From: a virus
Lineage: Duplodnaviria; Caudoviricetes
Length of the DNA: 35,759 nucleotides
IMG/VR virus record: IMGVR_UViG_3300037608_000191
Coordinates: 1-35,759 of that record
Direction: 5' to 3' (one strand)
Part shown: positions 9,086 through 17,205 of the stretch, piece by piece
Numbering within the stretch: the stretch's first letter is position 1
How the letters are laid out: every line of letters starts with the position of its first letter
Translations under genes and position numbers: made by a program
The notes under the pieces: model-generated
What the model saw: the letters and a program-made list of their open reading frames with translations, nothing else
Told to the model about the DNA's origin: nothing
Database searches by the model: none

Positions 9086-9088
9086 CCG

Positions 9089-9763
9089 TCACTCCGAGGC
9101 GTAGGGCTGGTCGATGTTGATGGTGATGGTCGCCCCCGGCGCGAGGTTCACGCCCGAGACGACGACCGCCGGCGACTGCGAGCCGGACGGCGACTGCGCC
9201 GACGGCACCGCCGCGCGCGTCTGCATGCTCCCATCGCTCTCCTGCGACTGGTCGTAGAGGTACCACGCCCCGCCCAGCAGCAGGGCCGCGAGCGACGTGC
9301 CGACATACTTCCCCGCGTTCCGGCGGAAGTGGTCCCCGGCGATCTCCGCCCATCCCTTCTCGACCGTGACCTCCTTCGCCGAGACCGCCGCGTTCACGTC
9401 CGCCACCGCGTCGCCGGCGCCGGCCGCCGCGATGAGTTCGCCGTAGCCCGGCCTCCAGAGCGCGACCGCCTCCTCGACGTAGACGGTCTTCGTCGGCCGC
9501 TTCGCCCGGGCCAGGCCGACCAGGTCGACCTTCACTCCGAAACTCCGCGCGCCGTTGGCCACCTTGCAGTCCGGCTGCACGAGCGGCCGATCGACGACCG
9601 AGGTCCGAGGGCCGAGGTCCGCCGGACTTCGGATCTCGGTTCTCGGATCTCGGTTCTCCGCCCCGGCGCCGGCGTTCAACGCGAAGGCCGCGAAGACCGC
9701 CAAGAGGGTGACGACCAACCGACCGCTGACTTCCGACCTCCGACTTCCGATCTCGCTCTTCAT
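9089..9763 (-). CDS. Putative exported/membrane protein
   Basis: Signal-like LVVTLLAVFAAFALNAGAGA and a second hydrophobic segment SLAALLLGGAWYLY; ATGA coupling. Confidence 0.65.
   Translation of the reverse strand: MKSEIGSRRSEVSGRLVVTLLAVFAAFALNAGAGAENRDPRTEIRSPADLGPRTSVVDRPLVQPDCKVANGARSFGVKVDLVGLARAKRPTKTVYVEEAVALWRPGYGELIAAAGAGDAVADVNAAVSAKEVTVEKGWAEIAGDHFRRNAGKYVGTSLAALLLGGAWYLYDQSQESDGSMQTRAAVPSAQSPSGSQSPAVVVSGVNLAPGATITINIDQPYASE
9591..9660. repeat. Heptamer-period palindromic repeat, in frame
   Basis: CCGAGGT-like units opposed to GATCTCG-like units; encodes RDPRTEIRSPADLGPRTS. Confidence 0.85.
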
Positions 9764-10458
9764 TCCTGTTCTCCTCCGCGTCCGGCCTCTGCGGCCTTCG
9801 CGTCTTTGTGTTGCCTCTCCTCCGCCTGCCTCTCCTCACACGCCGTGCAGAGCCACTGCCCGGCCTCGTTCACGCCCGGAAACTCGTTCGGGTTGATCTC
9901 GCGCCCGCACCCCGCGCAGACCCGCGCGCCCTCGGAATCCGAGGTCCGAAGTCCGAGGTCCGAGGCCCGCCGGATCTCGGCTCTCGGATCTCGGCTCTCG
10001 ATGCTCGCCTTCCCCCGCCTCATCCACATCCGCCGCCACTTGAAGAAGCCGTACCAGCCCAGCGTGACGCCCACGAAGCGCCAGCCCGCGCGCAGACGCG
10101 TCATGCGATAGCGCCGCGAGAGCCGGTAGAAGCGACGGTTCGACTGCCACACCGGGTGCCCGACGAACCAATCGAAGTCGTGCCGCAGGCAGGGCGGGAA
10201 GTACTTCGTCGGCCAGAACGACTCCGACACGCAGGTGCAGCCGTCGCAGTCGACGAACCAATCCCACGCCTTCGAGTCCACCGCCTCCAGGATCTCCGCC
10301 CGCTCCGCCGGCGGGACGTTGAACACCTTGAAAGACGCGACGATCCGCCGCCGCTCCGCCTCCCGCGACAGCGCGGCCCGGACCGAGGTCCGACGACCGA
10401 GGTCCGAAGTCCGCCGGATCTCGGACCTCGGATCTCGGATCTCGATCTTCCCGTTCAT
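9760..10458 (-). CDS. Phospholipase A2-like (DGC..CxxHD) domain plus C-terminal DksA/TraR-like C4 zinc finger, with repeat-derived segments
   Basis: DCDGCTC..YFPPCLRHDFDW..SNRRF; CAGCGREI..LCTACEERQAE. Confidence 0.6.
   Translation of the reverse strand: MNGKIEIRDPRSEIRRTSDLGRRTSVRAALSREAERRRIVASFKVFNVPPAERAEILEAVDSKAWDWFVDCDGCTCVSESFWPTKYFPPCLRHDFDWFVGHPVWQSNRRFYRLSRRYRMTRLRAGWRFVGVTLGWYGFFKWRRMWMRRGKASIESRDPRAEIRRASDLGLRTSDSEGARVCAGCGREINPNEFPGVNEAGQWLCTACEERQAEERQHKDAKAAEAGRGGEQE
9932..10001. repeat. Heptamer-period palindromic repeat, in frame
   Basis: Encodes SRDPRAEIRRASDLGLRTSDS. Confidence 0.85.
10378..10448. repeat. Heptamer-period palindromic repeat, in frame
   Basis: Encodes IRDPRSEIRRTSDLGRRTSVR. 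Confidence 0.85.
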
Positions 10459-10468
10459 CTCCGCGCCC

Positions 10469-10894
10469 TCATCCCTCGCCCTTGTCCGCCTTGCTTCCCG
10501 CGACGTAGCCGAGGTCCTTCATCACGTCCTTGAACGACGCGAGCGTTGTGGCCCGCAGTTCGACGAGCGACTCGTGGAGACCTTCCAGGCGCCGGTCCAT
10601 CCGCGCCTCCATCGCGCGGATCTCCGCGGTGTAGCGGGTTTCGACATCGCGGATCTGCTGGGCGTGGCGGGCCTCGCACGAGCGCCACTCGTTCACGTGC
10701 ACCCGCTGGGTGAGCTGCTCGTTGAACTCGCGCACCAGCGCGGCGATGGTCTGGTCGATCGGCGGCTGCCGGCGGAAGAAGCCGGCGATATCCAGGACGG
10801 CCTTCACGACGCCCAGCAGCGCCATGATCCCGCCGATGACATAGAAGACCTGGAGAGCCTGCCCGATCGTCGCCGCGTCAGGGTTCGGATTCAT
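10469..10894 (-). CDS. Single-TM coiled-coil protein (DUF2730-like position), first gene of the leftward late operon
   Basis: N-terminal TM then coiled coil; ATG 10894 implied by promoter motif spacing. Confidence 0.65.
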   Translation of the reverse strand: MNPNPDAATIGQALQVFYVIGGIMALLGVVKAVLDIAGFFRRQPPIDQTIAALVREFNEQLTQRVHVNEWRSCEARHAQQIRDVETRYTAEIRAMEARMDRRLEGLHESLVELRATTLASFKDVMKDLGYVAGSKADKGEG

Positions 10895-10950
10895 GCGCGG
10901 CACGGTAGCCGTGCGCGCGGTTCAGGCTCCAATCATAGTGCGGGTTCTGC
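10895..10950 (-). promoter_or_regulatory. Putative late promoter, copy 2
   Basis: CAGAACCCGCA (10949-10939)-N31-TACCGT-N7-ATG. Confidence 0.8.
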
Positions 10951-10956
10951 CCCCCC

Positions 10957-10994
10957 GGAAACGAACGCGCCGGCGGGGTTGGATCCGCCGGCGC
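10957..10994 (-). terminator. Probable intrinsic terminator ending the leftward defence-like operon
   Basis: 10-bp stem GCGCCGGCGG/CCGCCGGCGC (10967-10994) followed on the - strand by GTTCGTTT. Confidence 0.65.
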
Positions 10995-11107
10995 TTCCGG
11001 GTTGGTGCGGGAGGGTGCCCGCGTGTCAGGCTCCCACGATGTCAGACCCCCGCCGCGCGGTCAGGCGATGGTGCGGCTTCTGCGGGGGGGGCTCGCTGCG
11101 CTGCCGC

Positions 11108-11557
11108 TCATTGCTCCTTCGCGGCTGCGCGAATCAGTTCGGAGAACGTGTGGAAGGTCCGGTACACGCTTGCGCCGGTGAGCGCTGTGAGACCCCCGTA
11201 GATGGCGAAGAAGCCATCACAGTACAGAGACTGGGCCTTCATATCGATGAAGCAGCCGGCCAGGGAGACGGCCGACAGGATCAAGCACCACCGCGTGGCG
11301 TGGATCATGTACTCGACCAAGATGGAGTAGTAGCCCGCCACCTTGAGGCGCCGCACTGTCCTCCCGCTCAGGGTCAGCAGGATTGACTTCGCCGTCGCTA
11401 CGAAACCGGCCCCGATCGAACCAACCGTCAGCACGGTGCCGAGGATCTGGGCCATGTCATGATTGGTGTATCCCCGGCGGTAGAAAACGAAAATCACCAC
11501 CGCTGCCACGATGCCCAGTACCAGCGGATACTTGCGCTCAACCGTTATCCCCGTCAC
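11108..11557 (-). CDS. Four-TM membrane protein (RexB-like architecture)
   Basis: Four hydrophobic segments in 149 aa; overlaps the end of the upstream gene. Confidence 0.75.
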   Translation of the reverse strand: MTGITVERKYPLVLGIVAAVVIFVFYRRGYTNHDMAQILGTVLTVGSIGAGFVATAKSILLTLSGRTVRRLKVAGYYSILVEYMIHATRWCLILSAVSLAGCFIDMKAQSLYCDGFFAIYGGLTALTGASVYRTFHTFSELIRAAAKEQ

Positions 11558-12443
11558 CCTCGGCCTCCCGAACCTCTAGCACTTCGCCCCTCCGCCGCGC
11601 CCAAGCCGCAGCCGCAGCGCCTCGCCTGAACTCATAGGATGCCCGCCTGCCCGCCCGCGTGTCGAGCGCGATCGGCTCACGCATGCGGTCCTCGATCAAG
11701 TCAACCGCCGACGTCTCTCCGTCCCGGTCCACTCCACACACCTCGATGCTCTTCACTTCAGCCGGACGCCCCGCAACGCTGCGCGCCCACGAGCGGGCGA
11801 GGCCGAAGACACGATCCCGAGCGAGAGATCCGCGGCGAGCATGGCCAAGCGAGATCGACAACTCAACGGTTGGCGCTACGCCTACGGACACCTCCCGGAT
11901 GAAACGGCTTACGCCCGGGTTCCCTAGTGCGATAAACTGCGGGTTGGTCACCCGTGCTGCGCGAAGGTGGAGCTTTCGGACGACCATCATGCGCTGCATC
12001 CGCGCCAGCGCATCGCGAGACAGAAGTGGGTCGATTGAAATCCCGGGCGGCAGGTTCAGCTTCCGCTCGATGTAGTCGGCAATCCGGGAGGCTGACGCGC
12101 CGACCTTTGTACTCTGAAGCACCAGAACCGATGTCGGGATGTGGTACAGGAAAGCGGTCTGCTCGCCGACACCCTCATCCGCCGCAAGAGGCAGATCCCT
12201 GACCGGGCCACGCATCGAAGCGCAGGATGGCAGGTCGTCCATTCGGATCCGTATCATGTCGCCCTCGCGCATGTCCTCGGCGGTGTGCAATTCCTGAAGG
12301 CGAACTGGAGCTCCGCCCAGCGCCTCGTTTCGCCTCTCCGGAGGGTTCATCTGCGCGATCGAATCCAGAAGCGAGTGAAACGGGCGCCGAATTGTGTCCG
12401 GAATCTCCACAACGTAGAAGTCGAACTTCAGCGTCTTCCTCAT
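11538..12443 (-). CDS. DUF6731-like soluble protein (possible RexA-like sensor), 301 aa
   Basis: IRIRMDDLP, LAADEGVGEQTAFLY..VLVLQ..GASASRIADYI and C-terminal VDLIEDRM; ATG 12443 overlaps the BrnT stop. Confidence 0.65.
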   Translation of the reverse strand: MRKTLKFDFYVVEIPDTIRRPFHSLLDSIAQMNPPERRNEALGGAPVRLQELHTAEDMREGDMIRIRMDDLPSCASMRGPVRDLPLAADEGVGEQTAFLYHIPTSVLVLQSTKVGASASRIADYIERKLNLPPGISIDPLLSRDALARMQRMMVVRKLHLRAARVTNPQFIALGNPGVSRFIREVSVGVAPTVELSISLGHARRGSLARDRVFGLARSWARSVAGRPAEVKSIEVCGVDRDGETSAVDLIEDRMREPIALDTRAGRRASYEFRRGAAAAAWARRRGEVLEVREAEGDGDNG

Positions 12444-12859
12444 TGGTCTTTCTCCTTGAATTGCCTCACCAGCGCCGAGAGACACTCACAGTAGACTGCC
12501 TCTTCCTTCTCGCTTGCGCGCCGCATCGAGATCACCCGAACGGTCTCCCCCGGTCGCATCGTAGTAACGAAGAGGACGACATGCCCGCTGGTGTCCACCG
12601 CCATATGCTCGAAGCGGGTCTCACCGCCGCGTTCGATTGGGCCTCGGGTGAGGACTAGCGGCCGTTTGAGGGGAAGAAGCATCCCCTCGAAGAAGTGCAC
12701 GGCGCTTTCCAGAGAGTACCCATGCTTCTTCCGGTTCTCCTCCTCTTTCTCCGGGTCGTAGTCGATACCCGTGCGGCCGAAGATCAAGCGGAAGTCCGTC
12801 GCTTCCCAAGGCCCATCGGGAGCAGGGCGTTCACCTAGCGTTTCCGCCGCCTCCTTCAC
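12440..12859 (-). CDS. brnT: BrnT (DUF497) family ribonuclease toxin
   Basis: DYDPEKEEENRKKHGYSL..F, ETRF..VVLFVTT.R..VRVISMRRASEKE..Y. Confidence 0.85.
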   Translation of the reverse strand: MKEAAETLGERPAPDGPWEATDFRLIFGRTGIDYDPEKEEENRKKHGYSLESAVHFFEGMLLPLKRPLVLTRGPIERGGETRFEHMAVDTSGHVVLFVTTMRPGETVRVISMRRASEKEEAVYCECLSALVRQFKEKDQ

Positions 12860-14355
12860 GCCAGCTTCCTCGCCAGTTGTTCTTCCAGGATGTCCTTCAC
12901 GGTCAGGGGGATGATGACGCGGCCGGTGGCGCGGAACTGGGCGTCGGCCTCGCGGAGCGCGTCGTCGGAGTAGTCGAACGAAACGAAGAAGCCCTTCGGG
13001 CGCTTGTCCCGGGCGAGGACGCCGGCGAAGTCGCGGATGTCCGGGCTGCCGGCCTTGTCCTTCTGCTTCACCTGGATCGGGTACCAGTTCTCCACCAGGT
13101 TGAGCTCGTCCGCCCGCGGCGTGCCGTAGGGCGCGCCGGGCTCCGCGACGATCGAGGCCGGGTAGATCCGGCCGTCGATCCCCTTGTCCCCCACCTTCGT
13201 CTTGTTCGGGATCCCGCCCAGCGCGATGACCGCCCAGTTCTCGAACTCGAACGGCGGGATGGCGCGCAGCTTCTCCTCACTCCACGGCAGGTCGCGGACC
13301 ACGAAGCCGCGCCCGATCCGCCGAAGCGCCTCGTCCTCCTGGATCCCGCACACCTCCCGCAGCCGCTTTGCCATCACCCTGCAGGCCGTCGGCGAAACGT
13401 CGATCCCAATCCACTGCCGCTTCAACTTCTGCGCCGCCACCAGCGCCGTGCCGCATCCGCAGAATGCATCGAGCACGACGTCGTTCTCGTTGCTGCCCAT
13501 CTCGATGATCCGCTCAAGGAGCTTCAGGGGCTTCTGTGTCGGGTAGCCCAAGCTCTCCGCACCGCGCCCCTGCAGCGGGCCGATGTCGTCCCAGACCGTT
13601 CCCAACGGGGCGCCGGGCATCTCGTCCAGATACCTCTTCTGGCGCGGCGTCGTTCCCGGCTTGGCCTGCACGATGCGGCCCTGCTTGTGAAGCTCTTCCA
13701 TCCGCTCCTTACTGAAACGCCAGGACCGGCGGATGCCGAGAAACTCGTATATCGGGTTCCCCTTCCCAGGTGCATCGTTTCCGGGCGCTCCGAGGTCGCC
13801 CAGAGAGTACCGGCGCCCGGTGCCGGGCTCCAAGTGACGGTAGTTCTTCTCCACGTAATCCGCATCGTAGGGACGGTACAGGTGCGTGAACTTGTAGTCG
13901 GCGGTCCGGCCGTAGAAAAAGACCGAGTCGTGAACGCGGCCGAGGTGCTTCGACCCCTGCGCGGCGTCGTTGTGGGCAGACTGCCGCTTCCAGATAATCT
14001 CGTTCACGAACTGCGCTTCCCCGAAGACCTGGTCGAGCATGACCTTGACGTAGTGGGAGGCGTGCCAGTCGCAGTGGTAGTAGAACGAGCCGGTCGGTTT
14101 CAGGACGCGGTGGAGCTCGACGCAGCGCGGGCGCATGTAATCCAGGTAGGCGGCCGTCGACGCGTGGCGGTCGTCGAAGGACCGCTTCTCCTTCGTCTCG
14201 CCCCAGAAGACCTCGTAGTTCCGGTTCGAGTTGAACGGCGGGTCGATGTAGACGAGATCCACGCACGCGTCCGGCAGCCGGCGCAGTTGCTCCAGGCAAT
14301 CCCCGCACCAGACGACGCGGGTGTCCACGAGCGCCGATGTCTTCGCTTTTGTCAT
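12856..14355 (-). CDS. Beta-class N4/N6 DNA methyltransferase fused to an Mrr-like endonuclease domain, 499 aa
   Basis: IDPPF precedes YPTQKP and DAFCGCGT; C-terminal FEFENW..GDKGIDG..IQVKQ; ATG 14355 with GGAGG SD. Confidence 0.9.
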   Translation of the reverse strand: MTKAKTSALVDTRVVWCGDCLEQLRRLPDACVDLVYIDPPFNSNRNYEVFWGETKEKRSFDDRHASTAAYLDYMRPRCVELHRVLKPTGSFYYHCDWHASHYVKVMLDQVFGEAQFVNEIIWKRQSAHNDAAQGSKHLGRVHDSVFFYGRTADYKFTHLYRPYDADYVEKNYRHLEPGTGRRYSLGDLGAPGNDAPGKGNPIYEFLGIRRSWRFSKERMEELHKQGRIVQAKPGTTPRQKRYLDEMPGAPLGTVWDDIGPLQGRGAESLGYPTQKPLKLLERIIEMGSNENDVVLDAFCGCGTALVAAQKLKRQWIGIDVSPTACRVMAKRLREVCGIQEDEALRRIGRGFVVRDLPWSEEKLRAIPPFEFENWAVIALGGIPNKTKVGDKGIDGRIYPASIVAEPGAPYGTPRADELNLVENWYPIQVKQKDKAGSPDIRDFAGVLARDKRPKGFFVSFDYSDDALREADAQFRATGRVIIPLTVKDILEEQLARKLA

Positions 14356-14369
14356 GCCGCCTCCCGTCT

Positions 14370-14423
14370 CAGAACCCGCAGAATGAGTCGCGCCCCGGCC
14401 GGTTGCAAGGCAGAGTCGGCGGC
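14370..14423 (+). promoter_or_regulatory. Putative late promoter, copy 3 (antisense within the leftward operon)
   Basis: CAGAACCCGCA (14370-14380)-N30-CAGAGT-N7-ATG. Confidence 0.7.
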
Positions 14424-14618
14424 ATGAAAACAAGCCCGAAGGCCGCCCAAATGCGCCGAACCCTCGAGGCCGCCCGGCACGAGTTCGCATTCCTCACCGG
14501 GCTGCGCGCCTTCGATGCCGCCGACACCTCCAAGACCTGGCGCCTCAGCTACCGGACTCTGATCGCCCGGATCGACCGGGTTCTCAGCCGACCTTCCGCG
14601 TCGGGTACCGGTTCTTGA
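14424..14618 (+). CDS. 64-aa hypothetical protein under the late promoter motif
   Basis: ATG at the spacing predicted by the motif; 3' end overlaps the KTSC 3' end. Confidence 0.55.
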   Translation: MKTSPKAAQMRRTLEAARHEFAFLTGLRAFDAADTSKTWRLSYRTLIARIDRVLSRPSASGTGS

Positions 14619-14796
14619 TGTGGCTCGCCAGGTAACTGCCCTTCGATGCCGCCGACATCAGGCTCGAATACACCGAGGCGGGAACCCCACTGTACTGGTA
14701 GACGCCCCCGCTCACGAACTCCACCTCCAGCACCTGCGCCTCCGCATCGTAGCCGACGGACCGAACATTCGATGACGACACACTCGTCCTGATCAT
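14584..14796 (-). CDS. KTSC domain protein
   Basis: VSSSNVRSVGYD..LEVEF..GGVYQY.GVP..Y..LM.A.SKGSY. Confidence 0.95.
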   Translation of the reverse strand: MIRTSVSSSNVRSVGYDAEAQVLEVEFVSGGVYQYSGVPASVYSSLMSAASKGSYLASHIKNRYPTRKVG

Positions 14797-14880
14797 ACGG
14801 TTCTCCCTTCTTCTCTCCGCGTCTTCCCTCTTTCCAACGTTCGGAAACCCGCCCCCGCGGGGCTTCCAAGGTTCGGACGG

Positions 14881-15438
14881 TCAGGGCTTGCGGCGCCGCT
14901 GGCCGTTCGCCTTGCTGACTTCCTCGGCAATCATGCGGCGAAGATCCGGGAGAAGATCCCGGACGGCGAGCCGGACGTCCTGCTTCAACGCGTCGGCGAG
15001 GGATGCCGGCGCGGCTGATTCACGAGGCGGCGGCGTCAGAGCGCCAACGCGGTCGGCCGCCTCCCGCGTGGCCGCGATCGCGTCCAGGTGGCGGATCTCA
15101 TCCGGCGTCATTGCCCGGCGACCCGTCAGCACGTCGTCCGTCTGCGCTTCGCTCAGGCCCAGCAGCGCGCCGATCTCCGCCCACGTCCGGCCGCTCTGAA
15201 GCTGGAAGTGCCGGAGCTTCGTCTGCGGGTTCCACTCAGGCGCCGGCGCGTGCCAGTCTGTGAGCCCGAGGGATTGCTCCATCTGGATGAGCGCACGTTC
15301 CGGATTCGGGCCGAACCTAGCGATGCCCTTCCGCGCTTGGTCCAGCATCGACCGAGACACGCCGAGACGTTCGGCAAGCTGCCCCCACTGAAGAGAGGCG
15401 GCTTTTTTCACGCGCTCCAGCCGAGATTCTGCGGTCAT
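14881..15438 (-). CDS. Prophage repressor candidate with two XRE-like HTH domains
   Basis: WGQLAERLGVSRSMLDQ and WAEIGALLGLSEAQ; divergent from the Ner-like gene; no S24 domain evident. Confidence 0.75.
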   Translation of the reverse strand: MTAESRLERVKKAASLQWGQLAERLGVSRSMLDQARKGIARFGPNPERALIQMEQSLGLTDWHAPAPEWNPQTKLRHFQLQSGRTWAEIGALLGLSEAQTDDVLTGRRAMTPDEIRHLDAIAATREAADRVGALTPPPRESAAPASLADALKQDVRLAVRDLLPDLRRMIAEEVSKANGQRRRKP

Positions 15439-15525
15439 AATTCGTTCACAATAGTGCTTGCATCACTGCGAACAGGCTGTAAATATGAGCCCATGAAGTT
15501 CGCAGGCAGAACGGAGGCTAGCACC
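15439..15525. promoter_or_regulatory. Lysis/lysogeny switch: rightward sigma70-like promoter and candidate operators
   Basis: AT-rich; TTGCAT(15458-63)-17 bp-AAATAT(15481-86) with TGn; inverted CTGCGAAC (15466-73)/GTTCGCAG (15498-505); related GTTCACA at 15444-50. Confidence 0.6.
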
Positions 15526-15729
15526 ATGGCCGAGGCGATCAAAGGCGAAAACGATATCAACTTTCGGGCGGTCCACGCGCACTTCGTGCTGCGCGGATCG
15601 TCTCTCAACAAGTGGTCGCGGGCGCGCGGGTACAACCCTCGGCTCGTTCAGTACGCCATCCGCGGCGAGCGCCGGTCGAAGCGAGCGATGCGCATCGTCC
15701 GGGAACTTCGCCGGGAGACGGGCCTGTGA
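15526..15729 (+). CDS. Ner/Cro-like small DNA-binding protein (alternative start 15493)
   Basis: VHAHFVLRGSSLNKWSRARGYN..V..AIRG; GGAGG SD. Confidence 0.8.
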   Translation: MAEAIKGENDINFRAVHAHFVLRGSSLNKWSRARGYNPRLVQYAIRGERRSKRAMRIVRELRRETGL

Positions 15730-15944
15730 GCGCCGAACAGCTGAGCTTGATTCTAGCGCTCCGCGACCTCGCGCTTGACCTCCGCCGGTGTGCGGCGCGG
15801 CTCTCGCGGCTCGCCGACGAGATTACGAAACTTTCCGGCGGGCCGGGTTCGGTGGGCGGCGGTTCCCATGCAAAGGGGGCTTCCCGCCGTCGCCGTATGG
15901 TGCCCCGGCCCGCCGGTTCCGATTCAACCAAGGAGACCCCATGA
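15726..15944 (+). CDS. Small hypothetical protein
   Basis: GTGA and ATGA overlaps with both neighbours. Confidence 0.5.
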   Translation: MSAEQLSLILALRDLALDLRRCAARLSRLADEITKLSGGPGSVGGGSHAKGASRRRRMVPRPAGSDSTKETP

Positions 15945-16819
15945 ACCACACCGACCCGAAGACCCTCACCGTTCACCCCGCCGCGCATGCCGTCCCGGAC
16001 CTGCCTCCGCGCCAGTACGCGGCCCTCAAGGAGAGCATCGAGCGGCTCGGCATCCGGCAGCCGTTGCTCGCCGACGCCGAGGGCCGCGTCATCGACGGTC
16101 GCCACCGCCTGAAGATCGCCAACGAAATCGGGCTCGAAGCGGTGCCCGTGGATACCGTCACCGGCGACGACGCGGTGATGGTCGCGTGCGAGTCCGCCGT
16201 GGCCCGCCGGAACCTCACCGCCTCCGGCGTCGTGCTCGTGCTCTACATGGCTCACCCGGCGCTGAAGGGGGGCGGAGTTCGCCCGTCCAGCAAGGCCAAT
16301 TTGAAGCAGGGCGCGTCCCGAAATTGTCTGCAATCTATTTCGGGAGAATCCAAGGAATATGCCACTTTTCGCAGTTTGGCCGACCGGTATCAGGTGCCCG
16401 TCGAGTACTTCTCGATGCTGGCGGATATCGAGGCGGCGTGCGAGGGCGACGAGGGGGAGTGGAAGAACGTCCAGAAGGAGATCCTGGAGGACGAGAAGTG
16501 CGTCTCCTGGGTGAAGGCCGGGCTCGGCGGGAAGAAGGCGACGAAGGGGACAAAGAAGCCGCCGACGGACTACCGGGATCTCGTGATTCACTCGACGGTG
16601 TCGGTGCTCTCGGCGTTCAAGAACTGGCCCCGGATCCGGTGGGAGAAGTCGGACAACGCCAAGAAGGACGTGCGCGCGCTCACGATCTCACGGTTTCGTG
16701 AGGCGGTGCAGATTGCGCCTCCGGAGATCCGCGAGGAGCTTCCCGCGGCGATCCTGAAGTGGCCGGCGCACGAGCTCAAGCACCTCGCCGCGGCGATCAA
16801 GAAGCAGGTGGGCTCGTGA
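15941..16819 (+). CDS. ParB/Srx N-terminal domain protein
   Basis: HPAA..ALKESIERLGIRQPLL..VIDGRHRL; AGGAG SD. Confidence 0.85.
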   Translation: MNHTDPKTLTVHPAAHAVPDLPPRQYAALKESIERLGIRQPLLADAEGRVIDGRHRLKIANEIGLEAVPVDTVTGDDAVMVACESAVARRNLTASGVVLVLYMAHPALKGGGVRPSSKANLKQGASRNCLQSISGESKEYATFRSLADRYQVPVEYFSMLADIEAACEGDEGEWKNVQKEILEDEKCVSWVKAGLGGKKATKGTKKPPTDYRDLVIHSTVSVLSAFKNWPRIRWEKSDNAKKDVRALTISRFREAVQIAPPEIREELPAAILKWPAHELKHLAAAIKKQVGS

Positions 16820-17205
16820 AACGTGGCGACGCGGAGATTTTGGCGGGCGAGCTCGCGGTGTTGCTTCGCAGGATCCCGCTCGACGTACTCCGGCGCGTTC
16901 TGGATTCGCCGGCCCCCGGGGTCAGCCCACTGGAGCAGGCCCGGCGGAATGGATTCACCGAGCAGCAAATCGACGAAGCTCGGATGGAGTGCGCCGCGCA
17001 TGGCGTCACGGACGAGCGCGCGATCTACCGGCTCGCGGCGGTGCGCCGGATCCTATCGGCGGGCGCGACCGGCTGGAACAGAGCCTTGCTTGCCGGTGTC
17101 AGCCGGTCCTCGGCCGACCGGTGGGTCGCGTGGTTTGAGAATGAAGGCGTCGCCGGCCTTGTTGCGGGCAAGTCTCCGGGGCGCCCAAGGAAGAGCCGCT
17201 CATGA
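16816..17205 (+). CDS. HTH protein (transposase-type HTH with GRPRK tail)
   Basis: GVSRSSADRWVAWFENEGVAGL..SPGRPRK; coupled to both neighbours. Confidence 0.7.
   Translation: MKRGDAEILAGELAVLLRRIPLDVLRRVLDSPAPGVSPLEQARRNGFTEQQIDEARMECAAHGVTDERAIYRLAAVRRILSAGATGWNRALLAGVSRSSADRWVAWFENEGVAGLVAGKSPGRPRKSRS

Noticed and set aside
9045-10448. CRISPR array or DGR template/variable repeats
   Set aside because: Irregular spacing, degenerate heptamers inside ORFs, no cas or reverse transcriptase, no adenine-specific mismatch pair seen
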